This document shows, piece by piece, positions 29,231 through 43,330 of a stretch of 64,000 nt of DNA. Positions within the stretch are counted from its first letter, which is position 1. Each line of letters opens with the position of its first letter. A program made the translations under genes and the position numbers. Origin of the DNA: the human T2T-CHM13v2.0 reference genome, Homo sapiens; assembly GCF_009914755.1 (NCBI RefSeq), contig NC_060927.1; one strand, given 5' to 3'. The notes below the pieces were generated by a model that ran no database searches, had not been told where the DNA came from, and saw only the letters and a list, made by a program, of their open reading frames with translations.

Positions 29231-29685
29231 CCACTCTTTCACGACAGAGAGTTACTCTCTACATGGATTTGGGAAGCAGTTCAGCCATGATTCCAACGTA
29301 TCACTTTTTTGAAGATAAGTTTAGAAGAGGAAGGTTAGCCTGACTTGTAGTTCAATAGGATCATTCCTGTATTTCTTGGCAAGAGTACCCTTACTTTGGA
29401 GACCCAGCTAATTTTGCAGAGCCCAGAATGGTCAGGATAGGAAGTACGAATTACCCAATGAAACATTGAAAGCGGTGGTCAAAAGAATTACTCTTGCATT
29501 CATCTGTTGGTCCTTGAAGTCATGTGTTATTATCTTAGGGACACTGTATCATGCAAAGGTCTCTGATTTAATACATTCCGAAGGGTGACACCCATCCTTT
29601 CATATTACTGCCATTGAGCTGGTGCTTCAGCTGTGCCTTTAGAAAGCCATTCCAACATGCTAGATAGATCTAAATGGTGCCGTAT

Positions 29686-31009
29686 TGAGAAGTGACAGCC
29701 TGCTGGCAGCCCTCGCTCACTCTCGTGCCTCCTCAGCCTCCGCGCCCGCTCTGGCCACACTTGAGGAGCCCTTCAGCCCGCCTCTGCACTGTGGGAGCCC
29801 CTCTCTGGGTGGGCGGAGGCCAAAGCCGGCTCCCTCTGCTTGCCGGGAGGTGTGGAGGGAGAGGCACTTGCGGGACCCGGGGCTGCATGCGGCGCTCGCG
29901 GGCCAGCGCAAGCTCCGGGTGGGTGTGGGCTAGGCATGCGGCGCACTGGGAGTGGCCGGCCGGAGCCTCAGGCCCCGGGCAGTGACGGGCTTAGCACCCG
30001 GGTCAGCAACTGCAGAGGGTGCGCCAGTTCCCCCAGCAGTGCCCCTGGGCGCCGGGGCCTCAGCTGCCTCCCTGCCTGGCAGGGCTCAGGACCTGCAGCC
30101 CGCCATGCCCGAGCCTCCCCACAACCGTGGGCTCCTGCCCGGCGTGAGCCTCCCCGACAGAGTGCAACCCTCTGCTCCGCAGCGCTGGGTCCCATCCACC
30201 GCCCAAGGGCTGAAAAGTGCAGGCACTCCGCGTGGAACTGGCGGGCAGCTCCACCCAGTGGCCCTGGCCTGGCATCCACTAGGCTAATCCAGCTGGGTTC
30301 CTGAGTCTAGTGGGGACTTGGAGAACGTTTATGTCTAGCTGGAGGATTGTATATGCACCAATCAACACTCTGTGTCTAGCTAATCTAGTGGGGACTTGGA
30401 GAATTTTTCTGTCTAGCTAAAGGATTGTAAATGCACCAATCAGCACCCCGTCAAAACCGACCAATCAGGTATCTGTAAAATGTGCCAATCAGCTCTCTGT
30501 AAAATGGACCAATCAGCAGGATATGGGTGGGGCCAGATAAGGGAATAAAAGCAGGCTGCCCAAGCTAGCAGTGGCAACCCAGGTCCCCTTCCTGACCGTG
30601 GGGGCTTTGTTCTTTTGCTCATTGCAATAAATCTTGCTGGTGCTCACTCTGTAGGTTCACACTGCTTTTATGAGCTGCAACACTCACAGTGAAGGTCTGC
30701 AGCTTCACTCTTGAGGCGGGTGAGACCATGAACCCACCGGGAGGAATGAACAACTCCAGAGAGGAGGAACGAACAACTGCAGACGTGCGGCCTTAAGAGC
30801 TGTAACACTCACCACGAAGGTCTGCAGCTTCACTCCTGAAACCAGCGAAACTGCGAACCCACCAGAAGAAAGAAACTCCGAACACGTCCAAACATCAGAA
30901 GGAACAAACTCTGGACACACCACCTTTAAGAACTGTAACACTCACCGTGAGGGTCCGTGGCTTGATTCTTGAAGTCAGTGAGACCAAGAACCCACCAATT
31001 CTGTACATG
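29686..31009 (+). mobile_element. LTR12 (C/D/E-type, HERV9) solo LTR
   Basis: Starts TGAGAAGTGACAGC and has a GC-rich U3, tandem CCAAT repeats and U5 repeats GAAGGTCTGCAGCTTCACTC. Ends GAGACCAAGAACCCACCAATTC. 4-bp TSD GTAT at 29682-29685 and 31010-31013. Confidence 0.96.
30358..30631 (+). promoter_or_regulatory. LTR12 core promoter and poly(A) signal
   Basis: CCAAT at 30358, 30436, 30461, 30485 and 30509. GGGTGGGG at 30525, AGATAA at 30535, TATA-like AATAAAA at 30544, AATAAA at 30626. Confidence 0.8.
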
Positions 31010-32766
31010 GTATGTGTTATGATCAGCAAATCCAGTGGTCATATATCCATTCCCATACTTCTTTTACTGTGAAATGAGTCCCCTGGTCATGCTGTGTGAA
31101 TATCTATAAGTCCCTGCATAGACTGGATAAAGCTTCATGGGCAGGAAAGAACACCTCATACCTGAAATTGGCAGCCGCCCTTCTGAGGATAAACTTCTGG
31201 TTCTTCAGTAAAGAAGGGACTTGATGTAGTTGAGTTGTTATTAGGTGGCCAGTTGATGTCCTTGAGGAATTGTGCAATATGTGATGTGCAGTATTGGTCT
31301 TTGTTGCTGACATGGTCGACAATAACAGATGTAACTAGATAGACCTTGGTAAGCAGGAGTCAGTGGTGTTGGGCTGATGATAACCTCTGTATCTGCCACC
31401 ATGGGACTCCAATCATGTTGCTATCATGTCAGTTTTGATGGCCGATGATAAAGGCTAGTTTAAGTGAACTGATCTATATGATCAGTACTTCTTTAGTGGT
31501 AGATGCTTCCTGTTGAGCATTAATATGTTATACAAAAATCTTCACTTTTCATGATTATTCGAATGACATTGTTCATCTAAATAACCCTCCGATTTTTTAG
31601 TTCTTTTCTAGGTCTTAACCAGGAACGATAAACAAATTCTCACATCAGGTCACTTCTCATTCAACCAAATAGGATGAATAGTGCATACTTACACCTGTGC
31701 CCATTGGGAAAATTTCCTCTCACCAGTGTCTTTCATGTATACTCGTGTATACTCTTGTATGTGGCTATGGTACAGCTGCTGTTGATTTTAGCTTTGCAAC
31801 CATGCATCAAGCTAGCTCATATATAAGCCAAGTTTGGTCGGTCTTCTCCTCTTATTTTCATGAGGAGGAACAGCCCATAGAACCTGTGAACTCAATGTGA
31901 ACGAGGTGATGGGTTTTAGAGTTTAACAGGCAGGACCACCAATCAGTTACCCTCCCTGCGGTCAAAGATCTGGTAGTTATCCAAAGTAATGTGTAGTCAC
32001 TAAAAATAATGATAAATATTTTTAAAGATTCTAAAAGACAAAATAGATACAGTAGTTGATGAGATGGGTCATTTCAAGATCTTTCAAAACTGTGAAAAAT
32101 AACTAAATGGAAATCATAGGACTAAAAAATAAAATATTTAAAATGAAAATTTTATTGGGTAATTTTTATAGCATATTGGACACAATAGAAAAAGGGATCA
32201 GTGATCTTTAAGACTTGTCGATTGATTTCACCACATTGAAGCACTGAGAGGAAAAAGTTTTGAAAAAAGTATAAAGAGCCTCAATGACCTGAGGAAACAT
32301 GACAAGCAATTTAACATACATGTAATTGGAGGCTCAGAAGAAGAGAAGAGAGAATGAGACAGAAAAATATCTGAAAGATATTAGGTAAAAATTTTCCAAT
32401 TTTGATTACAGATACCAATCCATAAATGGAAGGAGCTTAGCCAACCATAGATAGGGTACATATGAAGAAAACTACCTAGGCCCATCAGCCAAATTGTTGA
32501 AATCCAGAAGTTAAAAAAAATCATAAAAACAGCTAGAGTAAAAACATATTGCATAAAAGAGAACAATAATATAATGGCAACTGACGTTGCATCATAAAAG
32601 TAGATATTGAAAAACAAGTGACACCTTCCAGTGCCTAATAAAAAAGAAAACATCTGTCAACCTAGAATTCTATACGACATTAAAATATCTTGGAAAAATA
32701 GAAGTAAAATAAACATTATTTTATATAAACAAGGTTGGGAGATTTTGTTACCAGCAGAGGAAGTCA

Positions 32767-33294
<528 letters not shown>

Positions 33295-33944
33295 TTAAAT
33301 GGAATTATATTTTTGTAAATTTATTACATTATATGTGAAGTAGTATCATGTTAATTTGAAGTAGAATGTGTTATATTAAAGATTTATATTGAAACCCCTA
33401 AAGAAATTTACTTAAACACAATAAAGTAATATTGAAAATAATAATGTGGGAGATAGAATATAATACTAAAATATTAAGTTATTTGAAAAGAGAAAAACAA
33501 GTAGCAAAAAGATAAATAGGCAAACAAGTGTAATCAAAAGGCAGAGATAGGGTTGATTGCTATTTACAGGAGGCTCTTTATACATTAAGATACAAACAGG
33601 TGGATGATATATCACCACAAGATATACTGGGCAAACATAAAACATAATAAAGCTTATGTAAGCTATGTCCTTATTAGACACAATAGACTTCAAACAAGGA
33701 GATTTGCCTGAAATAAGGAGGGTCATTTCATAATGATAACAACTCCAATTAATCAAGAAGACATAAAAATTCTAAATACATCCACCTAAGAATAGATAAA
33801 TATGCAAACATAGTTGAAGATTATAATACACTTTTCTAGCAATTGATAAAAACAGTCATTAAAGATATGTTAGTATGGATATGAAAGATTATAAAATCTA
33901 TCAACAGTTTAACCTAACTGACATTTATAGAACATAACACCAAA

Positions 33945-35005
33945 CCAGTTCATTATTTGAATCTTATAGGGATAGATGCATTTTGGAATACATAATTACT
34001 TATACTTTTAGAAAGACAACTTAGTATACATAATATTCAGATCTACTATATCTTTATCTATAATTATCTAAAAATCTCTAAAAACTACATTTTTTGATAA
34101 GCTTGAAGCCAAAGCTATTTTAGTGGCAGAACCTGACCCGACGTGAGGCACATGTTGTTTCTCAGCTTTCTCTTAGTGACAGTTGATGCTGCAACTAACT
34201 AATGGTTTACTGTTTGCTTCTTATTTTATGGTTTTATAACAGGGTGTCCAATCTTTTGGCTTCCCTGGGCCATGTTGGAAGAAAAAGAATTGTTTTGAGC
34301 CATACATAAAATACACTAACACTAATGATAGCTAATGAGCTAAAAAAAGAAAATTGCAACAAAGTCTCATAATTTTTAAGAAAGTATGAATTTGTGTTGG
34401 GCTGAAAGCCATCATGGGCTGCATGTGGCCCACAGGCCGCGGGTTGGACAAGCTTGTTTTATAATTAACTATACCATGAAAGGTTTGAGAAAGCTAAAGA
34501 TGCCCCTGTCAGCAACAGTTAAAGAAAAAAGAAAGCATCTGTCAAGATCTAAAGGGCAGAAAACAGACTATTGCAGAGGCCTCAAAGCATAAAGTTGAAG
34601 ACTTTAATGGATTTCCTGACACTAACAAGGCAATAACAGTAAACCTTATTTGTTCACCAAATGTGCATCAGTGAAAGTACAATAACACCAGAAAAAGCTA
34701 ACATTGAAGAAATGATGAACATTAATGATGATTTGGCTGTTAGGCATTTCTTCAAGGGAAAATTATGAGATGGGAATATTGCTGAAATAGGTTTTAATAT
34801 AGTGAAGCAGGAAGATAATTGTGAGAATGATGCTAATTTTGTGGGAAAAAATCTAGGTGATATGGTGAAACTGACCTGTTAACTGTTGGCCTCAAACAAT
34901 GTTCTACAGATTGAGGGCAGTTGAAACAATTAGAAGCTGCTTGGATAGATACCATTGTTAATGCTCCAGATGACATTGAAAGAAGGCTTTAAAAGGCCAT
35001 ATCTC
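33945..35005 (+). mobile_element. Degenerate Tigger-family DNA transposon, interrupted by MER30
   Basis: The acidic transposase C-terminal-like sequence ATTGAAGAAATGATGAACATT...GATGGGAATATTGCTGAAAT resembles Tigger4-group elements. Confidence 0.45.
34240..34456 (+). mobile_element. MER30 (hAT-Charlie MITE)
   Basis: CAGGGTGTCCAATCTTTTGGCTTCCCTGGGCC...GGGTTGGACAAGCTTG. Perfect 8-bp TSD TTTTATAA at 34232-34239 and 34457-34464. Confidence 0.95.
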
Positions 35006-35009
35006 CTGA

Positions 35010-36590
35010 AAGCATTATGAAATGAAAGAAGCCAGTCAAAAAACACCACATACCATATGATTCCATACTTACAAAAGTCAAGAATAGAGAATTACATAGA
35101 GACAGAAAGTAGATTTGTGAGTGCTTATGGCTTTGAGGGAATGGGGAGGAAGGAGTGATAGCAAAAGAGTATGAGATTTCTTTTTAAGGTGATAAAAATA
35201 TTGTAAAATTTATCTCAGTAGTTGGACATCAGCAAGATGGTGAAATAGGAGATTACAGCCCTCATACCTTTACTGAAACATCAATTTTGATAAACAACCG
35301 CTCATGAAAATATCTCTGTGGAAACTGGGGATTTTGGTAAGACAATTCTAGCACCCCAATCAAGCAGAAAATCTAATAATAGATGTATCAAAGATGATTA
35401 AAAAAAACAGTTTCACTTTACCTGCATCATTCCTCCCCAGAGGTGACACAGCTAAGTGCCAAGACAGAACCCCTCAGGCTGTGATTTCTTCCATAGGGTA
35501 AAGTGAGACTGCAGTGAGCACCTAGTTTCCCCAGCCTCACATATGTTGCCCAAGAGACCCAGATTACTGAAGGGATCTTCATGGCCGAATAGCTTTTAGG
35601 GAGCTAGAGAAGAAAAAAGGGTCAGTAGGTTACAGCAACCACCGTGCGGATTTAAAAAACTGGCTGCAGATCCTACTAACTGAATTGGGAACCCCACCAA
35701 GAAGCTCGCCCACAAACTTCACTGGATGTCTGACCTGCACGCCCCACCAACTGGTAGATACACATACAGCATTCTGAACACACTCCTGAGACAGCACAGG
35801 TGAGGCTCTGTGGATAGACTAGTACATGGGCCCTTGCAGACAGCACAAAGACAGCAACTAGCTTGACTCTGAATGATTGGGAGAAGGTACACAGTCTTGA
35901 ACACTTTAGGGGACCGCCCTAGGGAAAATAAACAAGAGGCTATGAGCACCAGGCCTGACTTTGCAGGATTGAGAGAAGGCACAAAATTCCTAAAGCATTT
36001 CTCTCAAGAGAGAAAAGGAGCCACGAGGAAGTCACATCCATAAATAAGGCCTTGGAGAGACTCTTAGAATCTTTAAACTGGGCTGATTAGCGAAGAAATT
36101 TTTCTCCCAAAGACAGTCAGTAAAGACTAGAGGAGGGGACTGCTTGTTCAAATGTGAAGAAAGAACATGAAGGATCAAAGACACATAACATCACCAAAGG
36201 AACAAAATAAAGCTCCAGTGCCTGAACCTAAAGGATGAAAATCTATGAATTGCCTCACAAAGAATTCAAAATAATCATCTTGAAGAAGCTGAGTGAGCTA
36301 TGAGAGATCAAATCAAATAAAGGATATAAGAAAAACAATGAACAAAATTTGAAATTCAACAAAGAGATACAAAGCGTTAAAAAAATAACAAAGAGAAATT
36401 CTGTCCCATAAGAATACAATGAACGAAATGAAAAAAAAAATCAATAAAAAGCTTTGGTAGCAGATTCAGTTAGGCAGAAGGAATCAGTGAACTTGAAGAC
36501 AGAAATTTCTATTCAGCAGAACAAAAATAAGAACGAAAAAGTGGAGAAATACTAGGGGACTGATGAGACAATGAAAAAGTGAAACAATAT
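35010..36590 (+). mobile_element. L1M 3'-UTR fragment (about 35010-35215) followed by an L1M 5' UTR/ORF1 fragment (about 35222-36590)
   Basis: GAAAGAAGCCAGTC...GAGACAGAAAGTAGATT, then CAGCAAGATGGTGAAATAGG and the ORF1-like AAAGAATTCAAAATAATCATCTTGAAGAAGCTGAGTGAGCTA. Confidence 0.7.
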
Positions 36591-36591
36591 A

Positions 36592-37830
36592 CCATAGTCC
36601 ATCCTTTTCTAGGGTGGATTTGCCTTGAGACCCCCAGTCGATGTCTAAAACCATGGACGGTACCAAATCTTACATATAGTATGGTTTTTCCTATACATAC
36701 ATACATTTAATAATGTTTAGTTTACAAATTAGCAGTAAGAGATGAATAACAATAACAAAATAAAATAAAACAATAATAACAATGTACTGTAAAAAAATTG
36801 TGTGAATGTGGTCTCTCACTCTATTTCTCTCTCTGAAAATATCATATTGCACTATATTCACCTTTCTTCCTCTTTGAATTATGTGATGTGCATTAACAAA
36901 ATGCCTAACTGATGAGTAGAAGTGAAGTGAATGATGTAGACATTGTGACATAGCATTAGACTACCACTGACCTCCTTATGATATGTCAGAGAGAAGGACC
37001 CTCTGCTTTAGGTGATCCTGGATTATCCAGCCATAATGATATCAATGGTTGGATGTCAGGAGTAAATGTTGTCAATGGCTAGGGATCCTTGAGAGTTGAA
37101 GGTCTTTTTGGTGAAATGTTTTGTTAGAACCTTGTAATAGAAGTTGTCTCTTTTTAACTACTCAAAGTGTTGCTTCAGAGACTTTACTTCTCAGGTGATC
37201 ACACCATTAATTTGAATGCTGCATTCCCTCTGAGGATCATATTTCACAATTTTGTCCTTTAAGGTCTGTGCAGTTTGAAAACCTTTGGCAAATTTAGGTA
37301 ATGTCTACATTTCTGATTCAGCTTCAGTTTCTTCTTCCTCTTGTAGATGGCTCAACAAGTTCTTCCAATTTCTCATTTGTTAACACTTCTCAATGGACTT
37401 TAATATGTTCTTTCACATCGTCATCAAACATATCAGAACATTTTTCTTCACCAACTTGTCTTGCTGCATGAATAATTTTTCTAACTTTTCCCATTGTCTG
37501 TCCCTCCAACATCCCCCCAACCAAGACTTTAAAATCATGTATGATCTCATTCCATAAGTTAATCCGGCAAGCCTTTAGGTTTTATTTCATCCCTGGCAGT
37601 TTGATGAAAGTTATTGCATTAGCAATAGTGAATGATTTCCAGCACCACATTATGTCCAGATTAAGGTCTGAATTAATGCTGATAGAATGTGATCAAATAC
37701 CAGGTGAGTATGCGGCCTTGACAAATGAAATGATGCCCTGGTCAAGGGGCTGAAGTGATGCAGCATTTGGAGTTTTACAGACAACCTTGACATTTTTATT
37801 TTCATACCAAGCAAATTCATCATCAGCTCT
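36592..37830 (-). mobile_element. Tigger7/MER44-type transposon with a transposase remnant
   Basis: Terminal GACCCCCAGT.GATG.CT.AAACC sequence after a TA. The minus strand at 37708-37770 translates PNAASLQPLDQGIISFVKAAY, the pogo/Tigger DDE_1 QPLDQG motif. Confidence 0.82.
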
Positions 37831-37977
37831 ATAAATAGCTTAACATCACTTCAGGTCATATTTTACCAACAAATGACTTTGCGTCAAATTTTTTTAAAGT
37901 TCTTTCTAGAACATTTACATTGCAGAAATGCAGAAAAGGAATTATTGCTCCTGAGAACAAAGTGACAATTGATATCC

Positions 37978-38275
37978 GAGCTGTCCAGTAGATATATACA
38001 CTTAAATTTTCTATTTTCTGGTAGCCACATTAAGAAAAGAGAAACACATAAAATTAAATTTAACAATAGTTTTATTTACCCATTATATTCAAAATATCAC
38101 CATTTCAACATGTAATCAATAAGAAATTATTAATGAGACATTTTACATTTTTTCATATTGCGTCTTTGAAATATAACGTAATTTTATCCTTCCAGGAAAA
38201 TGCATTTTGTACTAGTCACATTTCAAAAGCTCAAAAGCTACATATGCCTAGTGCTATCATATTGCACAGTGAAGA
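37978..38275. mobile_element. MER33-like hAT-Charlie element
   Basis: GCTGTCCAGTAGA...TAGCCACATTAA...CATTTCAACATGTAATCAATA...CACATTTCAAAAGCTCAA. Confidence 0.75.
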
Positions 38276-38609
38276 TCTATGTAACTAGAGGTGTATCTAA
38301 TGTAACATGGTAGTAGTATTGGCAAAAAACCTCAAAATTGAACACTAAAAATAAACAGGACTAATGGAAAAAATAAGAATGGAATATATATATCACTCAA
38401 AACCCATGCAACTTTGGTAAACTGAGCCACAATGAATCAATGATTTGTATCTGGAAAAATAGCACAAAAAGCCCAGTGAGGCAGCTCAGCTTCCAGAATT
38501 AATTTTAAAAGTTCAGAGTAGTTATATTGGCAATATTTTACATAGAATCGAGCTGATCTTGCCAAGGGAGTATGGATGGAAATATTCTGTTAGCTATATA
38601 TTTGTTTCT

Positions 38610-40060
38610 TTTAGATGCACTTTACCTGTTATTTCTAGTTTGCTGGGAGTTTTTGTCATGGATAGATGTGTATTTTTGTCAAATGCCTTTTCTGTATCTA
38701 CTGAAATAATCATATGATTGTTTTTAGAGTGTTGATATGGTTAACTGAATGAATTATTTTTAATAGACTATTTTTAGAGCAGCTTTAGTTTAGCAGCAAA
38801 ATTGAGTGGAAGATACAGAGATTCCCTATATATTCCCTAGCTCAATACATGCATAGCCTCCCCCATTAACATCCTGCACCCAGGTAGTACATTTCTGACA
38901 ATCAGTTATCCCTGCACTGACATATTATTATCACTCAGAGTCCATAGTTTACATTAGGATTCACCCTTGGTGTTGTACATTCTACGAATTTGGACAAGTA
39001 TGTAATGACATATACCCACTATAATAGTATCATTCAGAGTAGTTTTACTGCCCCCAAATCTCTGTGCTCTGCCTATTTATCCCTCACTCCACCCTCACCA
39101 AACATCTGGCAACTACTGATATTTTTGCTGTCTCCATGGTTTTGCCCTCTCCAGAATGTCACCTAGTTGGAATCATACAGAATCTAGATTTTTCAGGCTG
39201 GCCTATTTCACTTAGTAATACACATACGGTTCTTCTATGTCTCTTCATGGCTTGATAGCTCTTTTTTTTAATGCTGAATAATATTTCATTGTCTGAATGT
39301 ACCACAGTTTATTTATCTCTTCACCTCTAAAGGATATCTTGGTTGCCTCCAAGTTTTGCTGATTATTTTTTTAAGCTGCTATAAACATCCATGTGCAGGT
39401 TTTTGTGTGGACATGAGTCTTCAACTTCTTTGCATAAATACCAAGGAGTGGGATTGCTGGTTCATGTGATAAGAGTATGTTCAGTTTTATAAGAAACTGC
39501 CAAATTGTCCTCCAAAATTGCTGTTCCATTTTGCATTCCCATCAGTGATGAATGAGAGTTCCTGTGTTCCACATCCCTGTCAGCATTTGGTGTTTTAAAC
39601 TTTGCCCACTCTAATAGGTGGGTAGTGTTGTCTCCTTGTTTTAATTCACATTTCCCTAATGACACATGATGTGGAGAACTTTTTAGTTAAATTAATTATT
39701 TTTGAATGATTAATCAGCCTCATATTCTCAATATAAATCACACATAATCTTGTATTTATCTTATAATGCATTACTGTACTCAATTTACTAGTATTATATT
39801 TTGGTGAGGATTTTTTCTTCTGTGTTCATGAAAGGTATTGGTTCCTTGTTTTTACTTCTTGTAATGTATTTGTATAAATTTGGAATGAGATTGTTTTTGT
39901 ATGATTGGTATTATTCCTCCATAAATATTTAGTAGAATTTTTCACTGAAGACGTCTGTGCCTGATGTTTTCTCTGATGGGATGGTTATCTATTCCTTCTT
40001 ATGGGAGCTTTAGTAGTTTATGACTTTCTAGACATCTCATTTTATCTAAGTTGTACATCA
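38610..40060 (-). mobile_element. L1MC1/2-type 3' end (about 38760-39680) nested in an older L1M ORF2 fragment
   Basis: TTTTTAGAGCAGCTTTAG...GCAAAATTGAGTGGAAGATACAGAGATTCCC 3'-end signature. The L1M flanks rejoin across AATTATTTTT. Confidence 0.75.
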
Positions 40061-40209
40061 CACACATTTTTTGCTCATAGAGTATGACAAGAGTATGTTT
40101 AGTTTTGTAAGAAACTGCCAAATTGTCCTCCAAAATTGCTGTTCCATTTTGCATTCCCACCAGTGATGAATGAGAGTGATGAATGGCACTTACATATATT
40201 TCTTAAGCC

Positions 40210-41411
<1,202 letters not shown>

Positions 41412-42009
41412 TTATATACATAGAAAATTTTCTGTAGAATGTCTAGTGTAACTCAGTGTATATCATAATTCTTAAAGCAGATATTTCTACTTACTGTATA
41501 AATAACTTTTCATTGTTAATTGTATGTAACAGATTACATTAGTTAAGTACAATTTTACCTCTAATTACAAAGTTTTCTATTATTTTTCTTTAATTTCTAA
41601 TTGAAAGTTCTGCTTTGTATAACAATTTGCTTACCAAGCATACTTATAACTTTAAAAAAATCTGTATCATTTACTTATTATGCCAATCAGAATAAAAGTG
41701 TTAACAAATAATTTTTTAAAAAATCTTGCTTAGAAGTTATTATGGGTGATCATCACCTACATTCTAGTAACATATGCTGATGCAAAAATATTGAGAAGAT
41801 GGATTGCAATTTTTGCTTATATTCTCTCCTTAAAACATAAATTTAAGCATTTGTAGTCTTAAATGTATATTATCTTCTCCGCCACCATAATAGAATCAAA
41901 TATGTTTTCTTCTAAGCTATAGGTTTACATGAAAATTGTTCATTAGTTAGGAATTTCAGTATTGAGTTATTTAGGTCACAACTTCACTGACTTAGATTGT
42001 TTGGCAAGG

Positions 42010-43330
42010 TATTAATTTATTCAGCAAATGTCACTGACAGACTATACATTAGGTGTAAGGTGAGAATTAAGTGGTGATCAAACCAGAGGTTTTTCTAGCT
42101 TTATAGCACTTACAGCTTATTAGTAGATAAAAATTGAAATATTCACATCAAGAAATGTACAATTGCTATTCCAAAAAATCCTATAAAAGAGAGATATATG
42201 CCTGCATAAGACCCTGTAACAGGAGAATTTCATCTGGTTAGGAAATTTAGATGAGGCTTTTCCAAAGAAGTGACACTAGAATGAGATTTGAGGAATGAGA
42301 AGTTAAGTCAATGGTGGGTGAATGTAATTTAAGTAGGAAAGCCAGCATATGCTAAGGACCTGTACCTGGTGGAAGTATGTGAGGTGTGAAGAGTAGATAA
42401 AGGGCAGCTTAGCTGGAGCAAAGTCATAAGAAGGAGCAGGGTAACATGGTTGGCTGGAAAGGTCAGCAGGGGCCAAACCCTTCAGAGACGTGCAGGTCAT
42501 GACAGTAAGTTTTACCTGTAGGCTCGGTATTGTGGGATTGCAGCTCTCCCCCTCCCATCCCCCCAAAATGAGAAATCATTAAATGAGATTGTCACATACA
42601 TAAAGTTTACTCTGGCTATAGTGTGAAGAATAGGTAAAAATCAGGGTAAATGCAGGAATGCCAATGGTGAGATGGTAGCTTAAACTGATTGGGGGCGGGA
42701 CTAGAAGATAGGCTTGGAGAAATTTGGAAGGAATTTGAATTTTCAGGGAAAATTGGCATCACATTGAGATTGGTAAGGCATGAGTATTGAGATGTGATAA
42801 GTGCCTGAAAGGTCTCCTAGTTTCCTTGCCTTTGGTTTGGATGCAAAGATGATGGTTCCATAAACTGAGATAGGAAAAAATGGAGGAAAATAAAGTTGCA
42901 GGTTATTTTAGTCTGCTCAGGCTGCTACAACAGATCTGGGTCCTGGTGAAGACTCCCTACCTGTTTTACAGACGGCCACCTTGCTGTGTCATCACATGGC
43001 GGAGAGAGAGAAAAAGATCTGGTCTCTCTTCCTCTACTTATAAAGTCACTAATCCCATTGGGGGCCCCACCCTCATGAACTCATCTAAACCTAATTATCT
43101 CCCAAAGGCCCCACCTTCGAATGCCATTACATTAGGGTTAGGGCTTCAAGGTATGAATGTGGGGGAGTAAATACATTCAGTCCATTATACAGGTAGAGGA
43201 GGACTATGAACAACATCTTGAATGTGAGGCTCTTGAGATATGCCAGTGGAAATGAGGAAAAGGCAGTATGATACATATCTGATCTCAGAGGAGAAATTTC
43301 ACCTAGAAATATGAATTTCTTAAAAGAGAT
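42010..43330 (-). mobile_element. L2a fragment interrupted by an MLT1A-type LTR piece (about 42900-43190)
   Basis: TTTATTCAGCAAATG...GGCTTTTCCAAAGAAGTGACA (L2). CACCCTCATGAACTCATCTAAACCTAATTATCTCCCAAAGGCCCCACC (MLT1A/MST group). Confidence 0.75.

Larger units (their letters stand above)
29231..32000 (-). mobile_element. ERVL/HERV16-like internal remnant interrupted by LTR12
   Basis: The minus strand at 29620-29655 reads WNGFLKAQLKH (integrase). Homologous pol sequence continues after 31010 and parallels the 20-21 kb ERVL remnant. Confidence 0.7.

Noticed and set aside
29685-30304. Cluster of overlapping GC-rich ORFs or a gene CpG island
   Set aside because: It lies within LTR12 U3, where high GC content suppresses stop codons.
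30300-30960. Spaced direct repeats resembling a CRISPR array
   Set aside because: They are the known tandem U3/U5 repeats of LTR12, with no unique spacers, in primate DNA.
37150-37830. Domesticated Tigger transposase gene
   Set aside because: Only a motif-bearing fragment remains, with no long minus-strand ORF, and the element is truncated.
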